Source: Nitrosopumilus sp. (GTDB lineage Archaea; Thermoproteota; Nitrososphaeria; Nitrososphaerales; Nitrosopumilaceae). From it: DNA of 64,000 nucleotides. The notes below the pieces were generated by a model that did not search any database, had not been told where the DNA came from, and saw only the letters and a list, made by a program, of their open reading frames with translations. Made by a program: the position numbers and the translations under genes. The DNA is taken from the NCBI GenBank assembly GCA_965204345.1, contig OZ241981.1, positions 192,001 through 256,000 of the forward strand, given 5' to 3'. Shown in pieces: positions 52,983-62,883 of this stretch (its first letter is position 1; each line of letters opens with the position of its first letter).

Positions 52983-53902
52983 ATGTTCTTATTAAACGAT
53001 TTGATTCTATCTTTTGCCACCTTTGTGTATTTTGAATTGTTGTCTACCATAACATAATGACGATCTGATAATATTGCAGCTATAGCTGATGAGCCGGACC
53101 CACAAAAAGGATCAAAGATTACATCGTTTTTGAACGTGTACAACTGAATACATCGATAGGGTAACTCTATGGGGAATGGTGCAGGATGCTTGATTTTTTT
53201 TGCCTGTTCTGTTTTAAATGACCAAACACTTTTTGTGTACTCTAAAAATTCATCACGTGTTATGGTGCTTTTCTTTTTTACGCGGTTGTATTTTCCCTTG
53301 GAAAACACAAGTATGTACTCATGTGTATCCCTTAAAACAGGATTTGAAGCTGATAGCCAAGAGCCCCAGGCAGTAGAACTTCCGGCAGAAGCTCCTTTTT
53401 CCCAAATCACCTCGCCTCGCATCAGAAATCCATTTCTTAGCATTGAATCAATAATGAATTTGTGATACGGAACGTACGGTTTACGTCCTACATTTGCTAT
53501 GTTGATACAAACTCTACCGCCATTGATTAATATCCTGTAAGTTTCTGCAAATACGTTATCTAGCATTTTGACATATTCGATTAGATTCAAGTCCTGATCA
53601 TAATCCTTGCCTACATTGTAAGGGGGCGAAGTGACCATCAAATGAACACTCGAATCCGGTATACATTTTAGATTTTCACTGTTTTTACATAGTACGCTGT
53701 CAAGATATTTGCCTAATTTGTTTTCTTTTTCTGTTTGTTGGTCTTTTTTTTCTTTTGAATCAAATAGTTTTCTATCATAGAACCTGCTTGAATCGTGGTT
53801 TATTCTACTAGTTCCACCAAATCCATTCATGGATGTTTTTTTTATTTTTGTGACATTCAATTGTTTATCGTCAACTATAGTATGTTTTAATGTTTTAACC
53901 AT
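52967..53902 (-). CDS. Beta-class N4-C/N6-A DNA methyltransferase
   Basis: VTSPPY (motif IV) before HPAPFP and DPFCGSG (motif I); convergent with the endonuclease. Confidence 0.93.
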   Translation of the reverse strand: MVKTLKHTIVDDKQLNVTKIKKTSMNGFGGTSRINHDSSRFYDRKLFDSKEKKDQQTEKENKLGKYLDSVLCKNSENLKCIPDSSVHLMVTSPPYNVGKDYDQDLNLIEYVKMLDNVFAETYRILINGGRVCINIANVGRKPYVPYHKFIIDSMLRNGFLMRGEVIWEKGASAGSSTAWGSWLSASNPVLRDTHEYILVFSKGKYNRVKKKSTITRDEFLEYTKSVWSFKTEQAKKIKHPAPFPIELPYRCIQLYTFKNDVIFDPFCGSGSSAIAAILSDRHYVMVDNNSKYTKVAKDRIKSFNKNIQDSQ

Positions 53903-54499
53903 CTGTCGATCAATCCCTCTTGATTGCCATCATACTGCTCTGCTAATTATATGATCCTTTATTTTTCCAGAGTTCAAAGAATTCACGTCTTTTCCCAGAT
54001 AACCCATGTTAAAATCCTTTAAGTTATTCCCGTCAAAATCAATTCTGCATAATCATTTGATTTTCTAATGGTTGGAAAACCCTTTTTGATTTCTGGGATT
54101 AGATTACTCCTTGAAACCATGTATTTTGTGATCAAAAACTTGAATATCTGACGCTGGTTTGGATTCAAAGCAAAGGAGCATAGCACAAAGGAGAAGGCAG
54201 TATCAGCTTGGCCGAATCTGAAATTAAGAAAATTTGGTTGTTATGCCTAGGGGTTTTACATAAGATGCAGGGATGATGGTTATCTGCATCAGAGCGTATC
54301 ACTGCCTGAACAGTCTGAAATACATTGCAAAAGTGATTTGTAAATAGTGACAAATAAGATCCTGTCAAGAAAAGACGGATATCCTGAGAATGTCCAAATG
54401 CCGCTGATCTGCTTATTTTTAGATCAAATTTGGCGTGTGATTCCATCAATATGAAAAAGACAAACTTTAATTCCTCAACTAGATTAATTTTTTCTAAGT

Positions 54500-54576
54500 G
54501 CCGAGGTAGCTCAGCCTGGGAGAGCACTCGGCTGAAGACCGGGCTGTCGCTTGTTCAAATCATGCCCTCGGCACCA
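54500..54576 (+). tRNA. tRNA-Phe(GAA), CCA encoded
   Basis: Acceptor GCCGAGG/CCTCGGC, anticodon loop CTGAAGA, TTCAAAT T loop. Confidence 0.95.
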
Positions 54577-54727
54577 CCATTATACAATATTTTTTGATCG
54601 TTGAGACAAACAAAAAGAAATTATTTTGGTTTTGGGCTGTCTATAAAATATACATGATGAATTTCATGGTAAAAACATATTCTGCATAATCTTTAAAAGC
54701 TATCCCACCTCTTGATTTTCGACATTA

Positions 54728-55099
54728 ATGGCTGAAAAAAAGACAGTAAAGAAAGATGCAAAAAAAGATGCAAAAAAAGCACCTGCAAAGACCAGTAAAT
54801 CCAAGGCAAAAACTGCCAAATCCAAGGCAAAGACCAAAAAAGTACCTGCAAAGACCACAAAAGCACCTGCAAAGACCACAAAAGCACCTGCAAAGACCAG
54901 TAAATCCAAGGCAAAGACCAAAAAAACAAAGGCAAAAACTGCCAAATCCAAGGCAAAGACCAAAAAAGCAAAGGATGAGTCAATTGGAGACATGGGCATA
55001 GTCATAGTTGATGATGATATTGAGATTGACCAGGAAAAAGTCAACGAGGAAAGGCGGGCATATCTTGAGGAATCCCGCTCTCAAGAGGCATTTGATTAG
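54728..55099 (+). CDS. Lys/Ala-rich histone-H1-like repeat protein with acidic tail
   Basis: KAPAKT / KSKAKT repeats. Confidence 0.75.
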   Translation: MAEKKTVKKDAKKDAKKAPAKTSKSKAKTAKSKAKTKKVPAKTTKAPAKTTKAPAKTSKSKAKTKKTKAKTAKSKAKTKKAKDESIGDMGIVIVDDDIEIDQEKVNEERRAYLEESRSQEAFD

Positions 55100-55133
55100 G
55101 AATCTTTATCCGATCCAATGACGTATACTATCT

Positions 55134-55373
55134 ATGAGAGCACTGTGTCTAATTACGGTTAGGCCTGGAAAAGTGGATTTTGTTGTTAGTATTCTAAAGA
55201 AAAAGCGTAAAATTGTAAAACAGGTAATGATTGTTGCAGGCAGGGCAGATATCAGCGTTCTTTTACAAGGAAACATCGATGAGATCAATGGCATGGTTAT
55301 TGATTTTAAAAAAATCAAGGATATCGTAACAACTGAGACACTGATTGAAGTGGAGGTTAATTTGGGTTGGTAA
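55134..55373 (+). CDS. Lrp/AsnC ligand-binding (RAM) domain protein
   Basis: V.GRADI...I..TET pattern. Confidence 0.85.
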   Translation: MRALCLITVRPGKVDFVVSILKKKRKIVKQVMIVAGRADISVLLQGNIDEINGMVIDFKKIKDIVTTETLIEVEVNLGW

Positions 55374-55585
55374 GGGCAATAATCTTGGTAAAATCCCCTA
55401 AAAAATTGATTGCCGCAAGACTGAGAAAAATTACAAACGTGGCAGATTCTTTTCCCACCAGTGGGCAGTTTGATGCAGTTGCAATAATTGATGTGGAAGA
55501 ATTATCACAAATAAAAGATGTGGCAAATCAGATTCAGAAAATCATAGGAGTGGACAGGACCGAGACCATGGTTGAAGTACAATAA
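55367..55585 (+). CDS. Lrp/AsnC ligand-binding domain protein
   Basis: TSGQFDAV...GVDRTET. Confidence 0.85.
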   Translation: MVRAIILVKSPKKLIAARLRKITNVADSFPTSGQFDAVAIIDVEELSQIKDVANQIQKIIGVDRTETMVEVQ

Positions 55586-55624
55586 CAATTAATTTAAAGA
55601 AGAACTTCTCTGAGTATAATTAAC

Positions 55625-56038
55625 GTGAACATCAAAAAAGTAGGCAACGTAATTTTGGCTGTCAAGGACATAGACAAATCCCTGCAATTTTACCACGAAA
55701 TCATAGGCCTTCCAATCAAGAGTCAGAGAAGGTCATGGGTGGATCTGGGCACGTCTGGAGCTTTATTGAGTTTGCATCCCGCATCACTAACAGCACAGCA
55801 CATTGGAAGTTCTATTGAAAACGGAATAACCATCGGCTTTCTTGTGGGGGATGTAAAATCAGCAGTTGATGAATTAAAATCCAAAGGCGTTACAATTCAT
55901 CGAGACATTGTCGAGAAGGATGCAGGTAAAAATGCGGTAATTTTAGATCCAGACGATTATCTCATATCTTTGTTTGAGCCAAGCTTTGATGACAAGGATC
56001 AACAAACAGGCGGATACCAGGGATTTACCCCAGCTTAG
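55625..56038 (+). CDS. VOC/glyoxalase family protein
   Basis: LAVKDIDKS..FY...DPD. Confidence 0.9.
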   Translation: MNIKKVGNVILAVKDIDKSLQFYHEIIGLPIKSQRRSWVDLGTSGALLSLHPASLTAQHIGSSIENGITIGFLVGDVKSAVDELKSKGVTIHRDIVEKDAGKNAVILDPDDYLISLFEPSFDDKDQQTGGYQGFTPA

Positions 56039-56421
56039 ATTGATTTTTTGATTAGAGATATTATTTTCTCTAAATTCTTTTCTTTTCTGTTTATTGAGAC
56101 GTAATATGTCATGTTATTTTTGTGTAAGATTACAATTGAAACCTTTTGATGCTGTAAAACAACATGTTCGAGTTTTCCAACAGTGCTGCCAGTATCTTTT
56201 CTCAGGGACATTAGAGTTGAAACTATAAAAAATTCATTTTTTACTTGTTCGGATTTTAAAAGGGGCTTGAGATTGGGTCTTACTATTCCGGTCAAGGTTC
56301 TGCCATAGGCATTGATAATTCCCGCATATCTTATGCTGTCAGATATTTCCATAATTTTTTGACATTGTTTTTTGTGTTTTGTTATAATGCCTCTCCATTT
56401 GTCTGCAGGAGTTTTTGTCAT
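56035..56421 (-). CDS. Thaumarchaeal roadblock/profilin-like protein (DUF6659-like)
   Basis: C.KI......IRYAGIIN.YG pattern. Confidence 0.75.
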   Translation of the reverse strand: MTKTPADKWRGIITKHKKQCQKIMEISDSIRYAGIINAYGRTLTGIVRPNLKPLLKSEQVKNEFFIVSTLMSLRKDTGSTVGKLEHVVLQHQKVSIVILHKNNMTYYVSINRKEKNLEKIISLIKKSI

Positions 56422-56459
56422 ATAGTAAAACTGATTTTTGAAAGTAATAAGGATTCTGA

Positions 56460-56831
56460 CTATGCTGAACCGGGCTTTTTCTCTAGTTTTTTCTTGAGTT
56501 CCATGTTCTCCTTTAGTAATTTTTCATTTTCAGTCCGAAGTGCAGACACTGAGGTCTGTCGTGTGTACAGCGGGTGTCCCGGAGGAATAATTCCAGAACT
56601 CATCGTAAGCAGACCCGCGGCATACTGCTGATACATGTGCTGGAATCCCTGAAGTTTTTGATTAATCGTATCAGCATTACGTAAGAATTGTTCCTTCATG
56701 GGATTTTCATGGACCTTAAACATTGGGTTGGATAACCTTGGTGGCAGTCGTGGAAATTGAAATGCCATGTGTGGGATGCCAGGATTTAATCCATATAGAT
56801 CCCGCATGTGGTTATCTGTCATATTATCCAT
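56460..56831 (-). CDS. Hypothetical protein with C-terminal coiled coil
   Basis: IPPGHPL...L.TENEKL. Confidence 0.65.
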   Translation of the reverse strand: MDNMTDNHMRDLYGLNPGIPHMAFQFPRLPPRLSNPMFKVHENPMKEQFLRNADTINQKLQGFQHMYQQYAAGLLTMSSGIIPPGHPLYTRQTSVSALRTENEKLLKENMELKKKLEKKPGSA

Positions 56832-56967
56832 AATTTTCTCTAATATTTGCCATATTTGTGGCTTGCCTTAGTCATTTGATATACTGTTTAGCTAAATCTG
56901 AGGTGTTTTAGCTCAAATTGAGCTGATCGCAGATCCTTATAGATTCGTATTTTAGATCGCATATACG

Positions 56968-57114
56968 ATGGTGAAATCAAAGAAAGCCTGTCTGAGATGC
57001 AAAAAAGACATTCAGGAAAAGGATCTACACAAGATTGTAATTTATGTAGTGCAAGAAAAATTTACCGAGCATCATTATGAACACGTGGAATGTCCAGATA
57101 AATTTACAGTTTGA
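56968..57114 (+). CDS. 48-aa zinc-finger protein (missed by ORF track)
   Basis: MVKSKKACLRCKKDI...HYEHVECPDKFTV; CxxC...HxxC. Confidence 0.7.
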   Translation: MVKSKKACLRCKKDIQEKDLHKIVIYVVQEKFTEHHYEHVECPDKFTV

Positions 57115-57128
57115 TCATTGATTAAAAA

Positions 57129-57953
57129 TTATCCGTTAAATTCAAACACGCTGTATATTTCACCTGTCACTCTGGAGCGATATTTCCATTCGTCTTTTTT
57201 CCAGATTATTTCTGTAAAGTCTTTTTGAAACTTTGGGTGCAGCCGCTGATAGACGTCACTTCCAATTAAGATTTGGTTGGGTTTTGCCATGTTTTGAATT
57301 TTTGCCGCAATATTCATGGCAGGTCCCATTAAATCAACGTGAGAATGCTCGACATCAGAGCCGTATCTTACCACGATATTTTTTCCAAAATCAACGCCGA
57401 TTTTTACCATTAAATCGGGATAGTCATACTGATTCAGAATGGGGTTAATCCCCTTTTGAATTATGGATATCATGGACTTTGCACAGTTGACGGCATGATC
57501 TGCTGCAAATAATCCGTTTCCCTCTCCAATAAAATAACCAATTACAGCATCACCTACGAATTTTAAAACGTAGCCCTGGTGCCGCATAATCATAGAGGCC
57601 ATCTCCTGAGCAAATGAGCTTATAATGATTGCAATTTTTTCTTCAGGCATTTCCAAGGTCATGGTGGTTGAACCGACCAAGTCCACATAAAGGACTACCA
57701 TGTCTAGTTTTGAGAAGACGTTTGCCCGCAGAAATTTATCAGACTCGTCAATGGTTCCAGAGTATTCATAGCCCTTCTTGAGTGCGCCCCAAACACGTTT
57801 CTGTGTCTCCAAAATCATGGTTTCAGAATCTAGTGTTTGCATGGGACTTTTGCTCAATAGCATATCTACAAGATTGTTATTGTTTTGTTTTGTGCTGTCT
57901 GCCTTGTTTTCATCAGATGTGTTTTTATTGTCTGTACTAGGCATGGCACTCAC
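57129..57953 (-). CDS. Class III adenylate/guanylate cyclase domain protein
   Basis: YVDLVGST, KFVGDAV, DLMG..MN.AAKIQ. Confidence 0.92.
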   Translation of the reverse strand: MSAMPSTDNKNTSDENKADSTKQNNNNLVDMLLSKSPMQTLDSETMILETQKRVWGALKKGYEYSGTIDESDKFLRANVFSKLDMVVLYVDLVGSTTMTLEMPEEKIAIIISSFAQEMASMIMRHQGYVLKFVGDAVIGYFIGEGNGLFAADHAVNCAKSMISIIQKGINPILNQYDYPDLMVKIGVDFGKNIVVRYGSDVEHSHVDLMGPAMNIAAKIQNMAKPNQILIGSDVYQRLHPKFQKDFTEIIWKKDEWKYRSRVTGEIYSVFEFNG

Positions 57954-58636
57954 TTTATTCTAATGGAAAATCCACTCCGCATTTTGGGCACCTGCCACGC
58001 TTGCCCCTGTAACCAATATGATAGTATTCTGTAATATCCACCCCACAATTATCACATGTAAACTGAGATTTATTCATGCCTAATTCTTATTGTATGCTTT
58101 GCTTTATTTTATTTGTTAAAATCAATGATTTTTACGCCTAAATTTAGCCAATTTCAATAATTACTGCTCTATAGAGTGTTACATTACATTGGCATCACTT
58201 GCATTATCCGTTGAGAATTTGCGAGTTTCTGTCTGCTGTGATTATGTGGTTTGTAAGTGAATGGTCACATTCAGAACAGACACTTTTCTGTTCCACGCAG
58301 ATTCTGACTCTCTCATAGTTTTCATACTGTCTTCTTGTTGTTAAATTTTTGCTGCCATGTCTTGGCCTTTGCTACTTGGATGGTAATTTTGGATAGGAAT
58401 AGTCTTATTCCAAACCACAAATAACCAGCTGGTCTTCTACTTTGCCGTCAGGTTACGGTGATCAGCTAATCAAAATCTGCCTGAGGCAAAACACTCATCA
58501 GTCTGTTCCTATTCCAATTGCAACAAGATAACTGATTGCTAGAATTCCCCCCCTGATGCAGTCAATCTATATGCTCCGAAAATCTATTTCAAGTGCAACA
58601 AGATGACTGATTGTCAGAAACAAGGCTGACAACCCT

Positions 58637-58843
58637 TCAAAAACAGTATATGCACCGAAAATCTATTTCAAGTGCAACAAGATAACTGATTGTCAGAATT
58701 CCCCAAACACAAGACGACCCAATTGCCAGTTTGAAGCTTTTTCTGACAACATCTTTGTCATCATATGCAAAAGAATTTGAAATCATTGCATGACCTACAA
58801 ATCCAAATAGTATTGGTAAAAAATACCAAAGAAAATTAGTCAT
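58637..58843 (-). CDS. Small two-TM membrane protein (copy A)
   Basis: LWYFLPILFGFVG...; paralog of 61508..61705. Confidence 0.7.
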   Translation of the reverse strand: MTNFLWYFLPILFGFVGHAMISNSFAYDDKDVVRKSFKLAIGSSCVWGILTISYLVALEIDFRCIYCF

Positions 58844-58877
58844 TATTCATCAAAAAAAGAAAAAAATTTCGGATTGA

Positions 58878-59824
58878 TTACCACTGTGTAGGTTTGCCTA
58901 TTTCGTCAGCGTGCCAAACACCTGTGTACCAAATCCACCACCATACAGGAGGATAATAATCTAGAAATGAAGGATTTGGTTCTTTAATTTGCTTGTTAAA
59001 ATCCCATCTGCCATCATTATCTAAAACAATCTGATCTCTAAATGCTCTGAAATTACAATTGTATGCACTGATTTCTTTTCCATAATCTAGAGAGTTGGAG
59101 TTAAACCATTCAGAAGGACTTGATGCATATTCTGGAACCCTCACATATCCCCAATTTTCTACTATAGATATGGCAGCGCTTTTACTGCTAATTGAGTAGA
59201 TTTCTTTTCCATAATCTAGAGAGTTGGAGTTAAACCATTCAGAAGGACTTGATGCATATTCTGGAACCCTCACATATCCCCAATTTTCTACTATAGATAT
59301 GGCAGCGCTTTTACTGCTAATTGAGTAGATTTCTTTTCGGATATATTCGGGATGTGGGTTATCAAAAGAACCGCCACAAACATCAGTCCATGCAAATGCC
59401 TCAGGAAGAATCCAATCAGATATGTAATCTGTATATTTGATCTTATTCTTACTTTCTTTGATTTGCTTCTTTAATTCAGAGAATTTATTTTCTGTTTCTG
59501 AATCAAAAGAATGTTTTATGTTTGGGTTTTTCTTTACCTTGTCTACGTAATCATTTTGCATTTTAACAAAATCCTTGATGATTTTGATTTCGTGATCAGA
59601 CATTGTTGTCTTTGCAGATTTTTTATCAAAACTTAAAACATACGAGTTTTCGGTAATATAATTATCTGCTTTTCGCATGGCGTTTTTTTATGTTCTCAGG
59701 TGTGTATTTTTCATCGTTTGCCTGCTTTGCTTCTGCAACTTCCATACCGCTAAATGGCAATATCATTGCGGCAATCAGGGATGCAAACAGTATTGTTTTT
59801 GTTTTTTTTTGTGATGTTTTTCAT
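58878..59824 (-). pseudogene. Secreted Trp-rich protein copy A: two +1 T-tract frameshifts and an in-frame 129-bp duplication
   Basis: T7 versus T6 near 59685 and a T9 run near 59805 relative to copy B; 43-aa block KEIYS...LDYG repeated. Confidence 0.8.
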
Positions 59825-60004
59825 GTTATTACCAGCCCCTATGTGTCTTCATTATTTAAATATTGATATTGATTTGCGGTATGCCTTTTTTTATATGACG
59901 TTTTAATTTTTTGCAGTATAGTGAAATCTCACTCAGCAAAGATAGGCTGCCTTTTACAGATGCAGTAAATGTGGTATACCTGCATTTCCTTGGACACTTA
60001 AGAA

Positions 60005-60172
60005 TACGTGACATAGAGTTTTCACTGTTAAATTTACGTGATCTAAATTTTCTCCAAAATTATCAAAAATTCCCAAAATTCACATCCAGCAAAGGTGTTA
60101 AATTTACGTGACATAGTTTTGCCTCAAAATCTAGCTCAGATACAGGTGTTAAATTTACGTGACATAGTTTTG
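60005..60172 (+). repeat. Cluster of TGTTAAATTTACGTGA boxes (60026, 60096, 60147)
   Basis: 28-bp ggtgttaaatttacgtgacatagttttg identical at 60094 and 60145. Confidence 0.9.
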
Positions 60173-60269
60173 AAGTTTGTAAATATACGTTGAATCTATC
60201 ATAATTGTCGCTTTATTGGACAACGTATGATAAATTTCATTTCTTGACAGCAATTAAGATGTTATATTA

Positions 60270-60730
60270 AAGAGAACTTTGGGTGTTGGCCTGTATATGA
60301 TCTAAACCGACTGGGTCACAAATGCTTGATCTTTTGTCAAACAAACATCTCAACTAGTTCCAACAGCCCCTAGACATGAAATATCAAACAATGTGCTTCA
60401 CTCTGACAACTGTGACTCCATATGTACAATGGAGATTGCTGTTCCACTTTACCTTACACAATACAGCCCTACAATTTTGTCATTTTTGCTTTTTATGGAT
60501 TCCAGTCTTGATCGAGATGAATGCCTCTAGGTAGAACTGTATAATGGAAATTCATGGAATATAATATACCACTGGTCAGATAATCTTGGCGGTGATCACC
60601 ATCCAGACAATCCGACTATCTCACATTTGACAGGTTGGTCGGCTCTGGACTAGATTCTGGCGAATATCTCAAAGTCGAGCTGTATGATGGCAGCCCATGG
60701 AATACAATATTTGACTGGTAGGCATCTGCA
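60270..60730 (+). pseudogene. Decayed fragments of a thaumarchaeal surface-protein beta-sandwich domain
   Basis: SDNCDS..., DSSLDRDECL*VELYNGNSWNIIYHWSDNLGGD and GLDSGEYLKVELYDGSPWNTIFDW with stops and frameshifts. Confidence 0.55.
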
Positions 60731-61507
60731 AACTAGTTGCTACCATCGTCCCTTACCGAACAGTTTTTGCACTCATTCTTGGAAAAGAGAGGTCAAAAAC
60801 CTATTTTAAAAAAGTTAGAATTATAATTTTTAGGACTTTGTGATCTTATTTCTAAGTCACTTGGATCTTAACTAATTCTTTCAAAATAGACTAATTCTAA
60901 TTGACAACTATCAAACTTGGGATAATCATCAATCATATTGTTTCATGTGTTTCCTGACCACCAAATTCAATACTATCAATAGATGAAAAACCAAATGTTA
61001 CAGTATTGCCTTCAACATCCACACTCTTAAAACATCATAATCCAAACCATATGAACCTGAATTGATACTTGATACACAATAAACAATGGCATTTCTGTAA
61101 GAAAATAATTACTGTTCAATGGATAGCGTTCCATCACATTGACATGACTTGTATTTTCCGTGAACAATTTGTGAGTTTCTGTCTGCGGTGACTGTGGTTT
61201 GTAAGTAAATGCTCGCATCTAAAACAAGCACTTTTCTGTTCCACGCAGATTCCAACTCTCATAGTTTCCATATTATCTCCTTTTGTGAAATTTTTGTTGC
61301 CATGTATTGGACTTTGCTACTTGGATGGTAATTTGGGATAATAGTCTTATTCCAAACCACAAATAACCAGATGGTCTTCTACTTTGCCGTCAGGTTACGG
61401 TGATCAGCTAATCAAAATCTACCTGAAGCAAAACACTCATCAAACTGTTCCTATTCCAATTGCAACAAGATAACTGATTGCTAGAATTCCCCCCTGATGC
61501 AGTCAAT

Positions 61508-61705
61508 CTATATGCTCCGAAAATCTATTTCAAGTGCAACAAGATGACTGATTGTCAGAATTCCCCAAACACAAGACGACCCAATTGCCAGTTTGAAGCT
61601 TTTTCTGACAACATCTTTGTCATCATATGCAAAAGAATTTGAAATCATTGCATGGCCTACAAATCCAAATAGTATTGGTAAAAAATACCAAAGAAAGTTA
61701 GTCAT
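61508..61705 (-). CDS. Small two-TM membrane protein (copy B)
   Basis: 34 bp downstream of the secreted protein stop. Confidence 0.7.
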   Translation of the reverse strand: MTNFLWYFLPILFGFVGHAMISNSFAYDDKDVVRKSFKLAIGSSCVWGILTISHLVALEIDFRSI

Positions 61706-61739
61706 TATTCATCAAAAAAAGAAAAAAATTTTGAATTGA

Positions 61740-62555
61740 TTACCACTGTGTAGGTTCGCCTATTTCGGCATCGTGCCAAACACCTGTGTACCAAATCCAC
61801 CACCATACAGGAGAATAATAATCTAGAAATGAAGGATTTGGTTCTTTAATTTGCTTGTTAAAATCCCATCTGCCATCATTATCTAAAACAATCTGATCTC
61901 TAAATGCTCCGAAATTACAATTGTATGCACTGATTTCTTTTCCATAATCTAGAGAGTTGGAGTTAAACCATTCAGAAGGACTTGATGCATATTCTGGAAC
62001 CCTCACATATCCCCAATTTTCTACTATAGATATGGCAGCGCTTTTACTGCTAATTGAGTAGATTTCTTTTCGGATATATTCGGGATGTGGGTTATCAAAA
62101 GAACCGCCACAAACATCAGTCCATGCAAATGCCTCAGGAAGAATCCAATCAGATATGTAATCTGTATATTTGATCTTATTCTTACTTTCTTTGATTTGCT
62201 TCTTTAATTCAGAGAATTTATTTTCTGTTTCTGAATCAAAAGAATGTTTTATGTTTGGGTTTTTCTTTACCTTGTCTACGTAATCATTTTGCATTTTAAC
62301 AAAATCCTTGATGATTTTGATTTCGTGATCAGACATTGTTGTCTTTGCAGATTTTTTATCAAAACTCAAAACATACGAGTTTTCGGTAATATAATTATCT
62401 GCTTTTCGCATGGCGTTTTTTATGTTCTCAGGCGTGTATTTTTCATCGTTTGCCTGCTTTGCTTTTGCAACTTCCATACCGCTAAATGGCAATATCATTG
62501 CGGCAATCAGGGATGCAAACAGTATTGTTTTTGTTTTGTTTGTGATGTTTTTCAT
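61740..62555 (-). CDS. Secreted Trp-rich protein (intact family copy)
   Basis: Signal peptide, charged linker, ILPEAFA|W, C-terminal CGG...C.FGAFRD...EPNP...PVWWWIWYTGVWH. Confidence 0.85.
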   Translation of the reverse strand: MKNITNKTKTILFASLIAAMILPFSGMEVAKAKQANDEKYTPENIKNAMRKADNYITENSYVLSFDKKSAKTTMSDHEIKIIKDFVKMQNDYVDKVKKNPNIKHSFDSETENKFSELKKQIKESKNKIKYTDYISDWILPEAFAWTDVCGGSFDNPHPEYIRKEIYSISSKSAAISIVENWGYVRVPEYASSPSEWFNSNSLDYGKEISAYNCNFGAFRDQIVLDNDGRWDFNKQIKEPNPSFLDYYSPVWWWIWYTGVWHDAEIGEPTQW

Positions 62556-62883
62556 GTTATTACCAGCCCCTATATGTCTTCATTATTTAAATATTGATAT
62601 TGATTTGCGGTATGCCTTTTTTTATATGACGTTTTAATTTTTTGCAGTATAGTGGAATCTCACTCAGCAAAGATAGGCTGCCTTTTGCATTACTGTAAAT
62701 GTAGTATATCTGAATTTCTTTGGCATGTACGGCATATGCGAAAATCATTTATCTGTATTTTTTGTCCATAAGACCAAAAAAAGTCCGCGATGAGCCAAGT
62801 TCAAAATGATCTGGCTTGGCCTGCAAGGGATGTTCTTGAGGGTTTCCAAGATCCCAATGCGGCATATTTTTATATATTAACCT

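Larger units (their letters stand above)
58156..59993. repeat. Copy A of a ~1.6-1.8-kb direct duplication (copy B ~61103-62723)
   Basis: Near-identical from ~58380 to ~59955, more diverged at the flanks. Confidence 0.92.
61103..62723. repeat. Copy B of the direct duplication
   Basis: Matches 58156-59993. Confidence 0.92.

Noticed and set aside
41836-54576. Provirus or integrative element inserted at tRNA-Phe
   Set aside because: No duplicated tRNA 3' end found, core genes lie between integrase and tRNA, and no viral or conjugation genes
54693-55044. Hydrophobic antisense ORFs and the alternate-frame ORF over the Lys-rich gene
   Set aside because: Shadows of the low-complexity repeat
58519-58698. 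Mini CRISPR array
   Set aside because: Only 2-3 units, repeats are pieces of a coding 3' end, spacers partly repeat each other, and no cas genes
47024-60026. 13-kb composite transposon bounded by the inverted ~103-bp repeats
   Set aside because: Interior is mostly housekeeping genes and a tRNA; no transposase or target-site duplication identified
60005-60172. CRISPR array or replication origin (ORB boxes)
   Set aside because: Irregular spacing, no G-string ORB consensus, no cdc6/orc1 or cas gene nearby
58878-62555. Diversity-generating retroelement (TR/VR pair) explaining differences between copies A and B
   Set aside because: No reverse transcriptase in the window, whole genes and promoters are duplicated, and differences are not restricted to adenines of one copy
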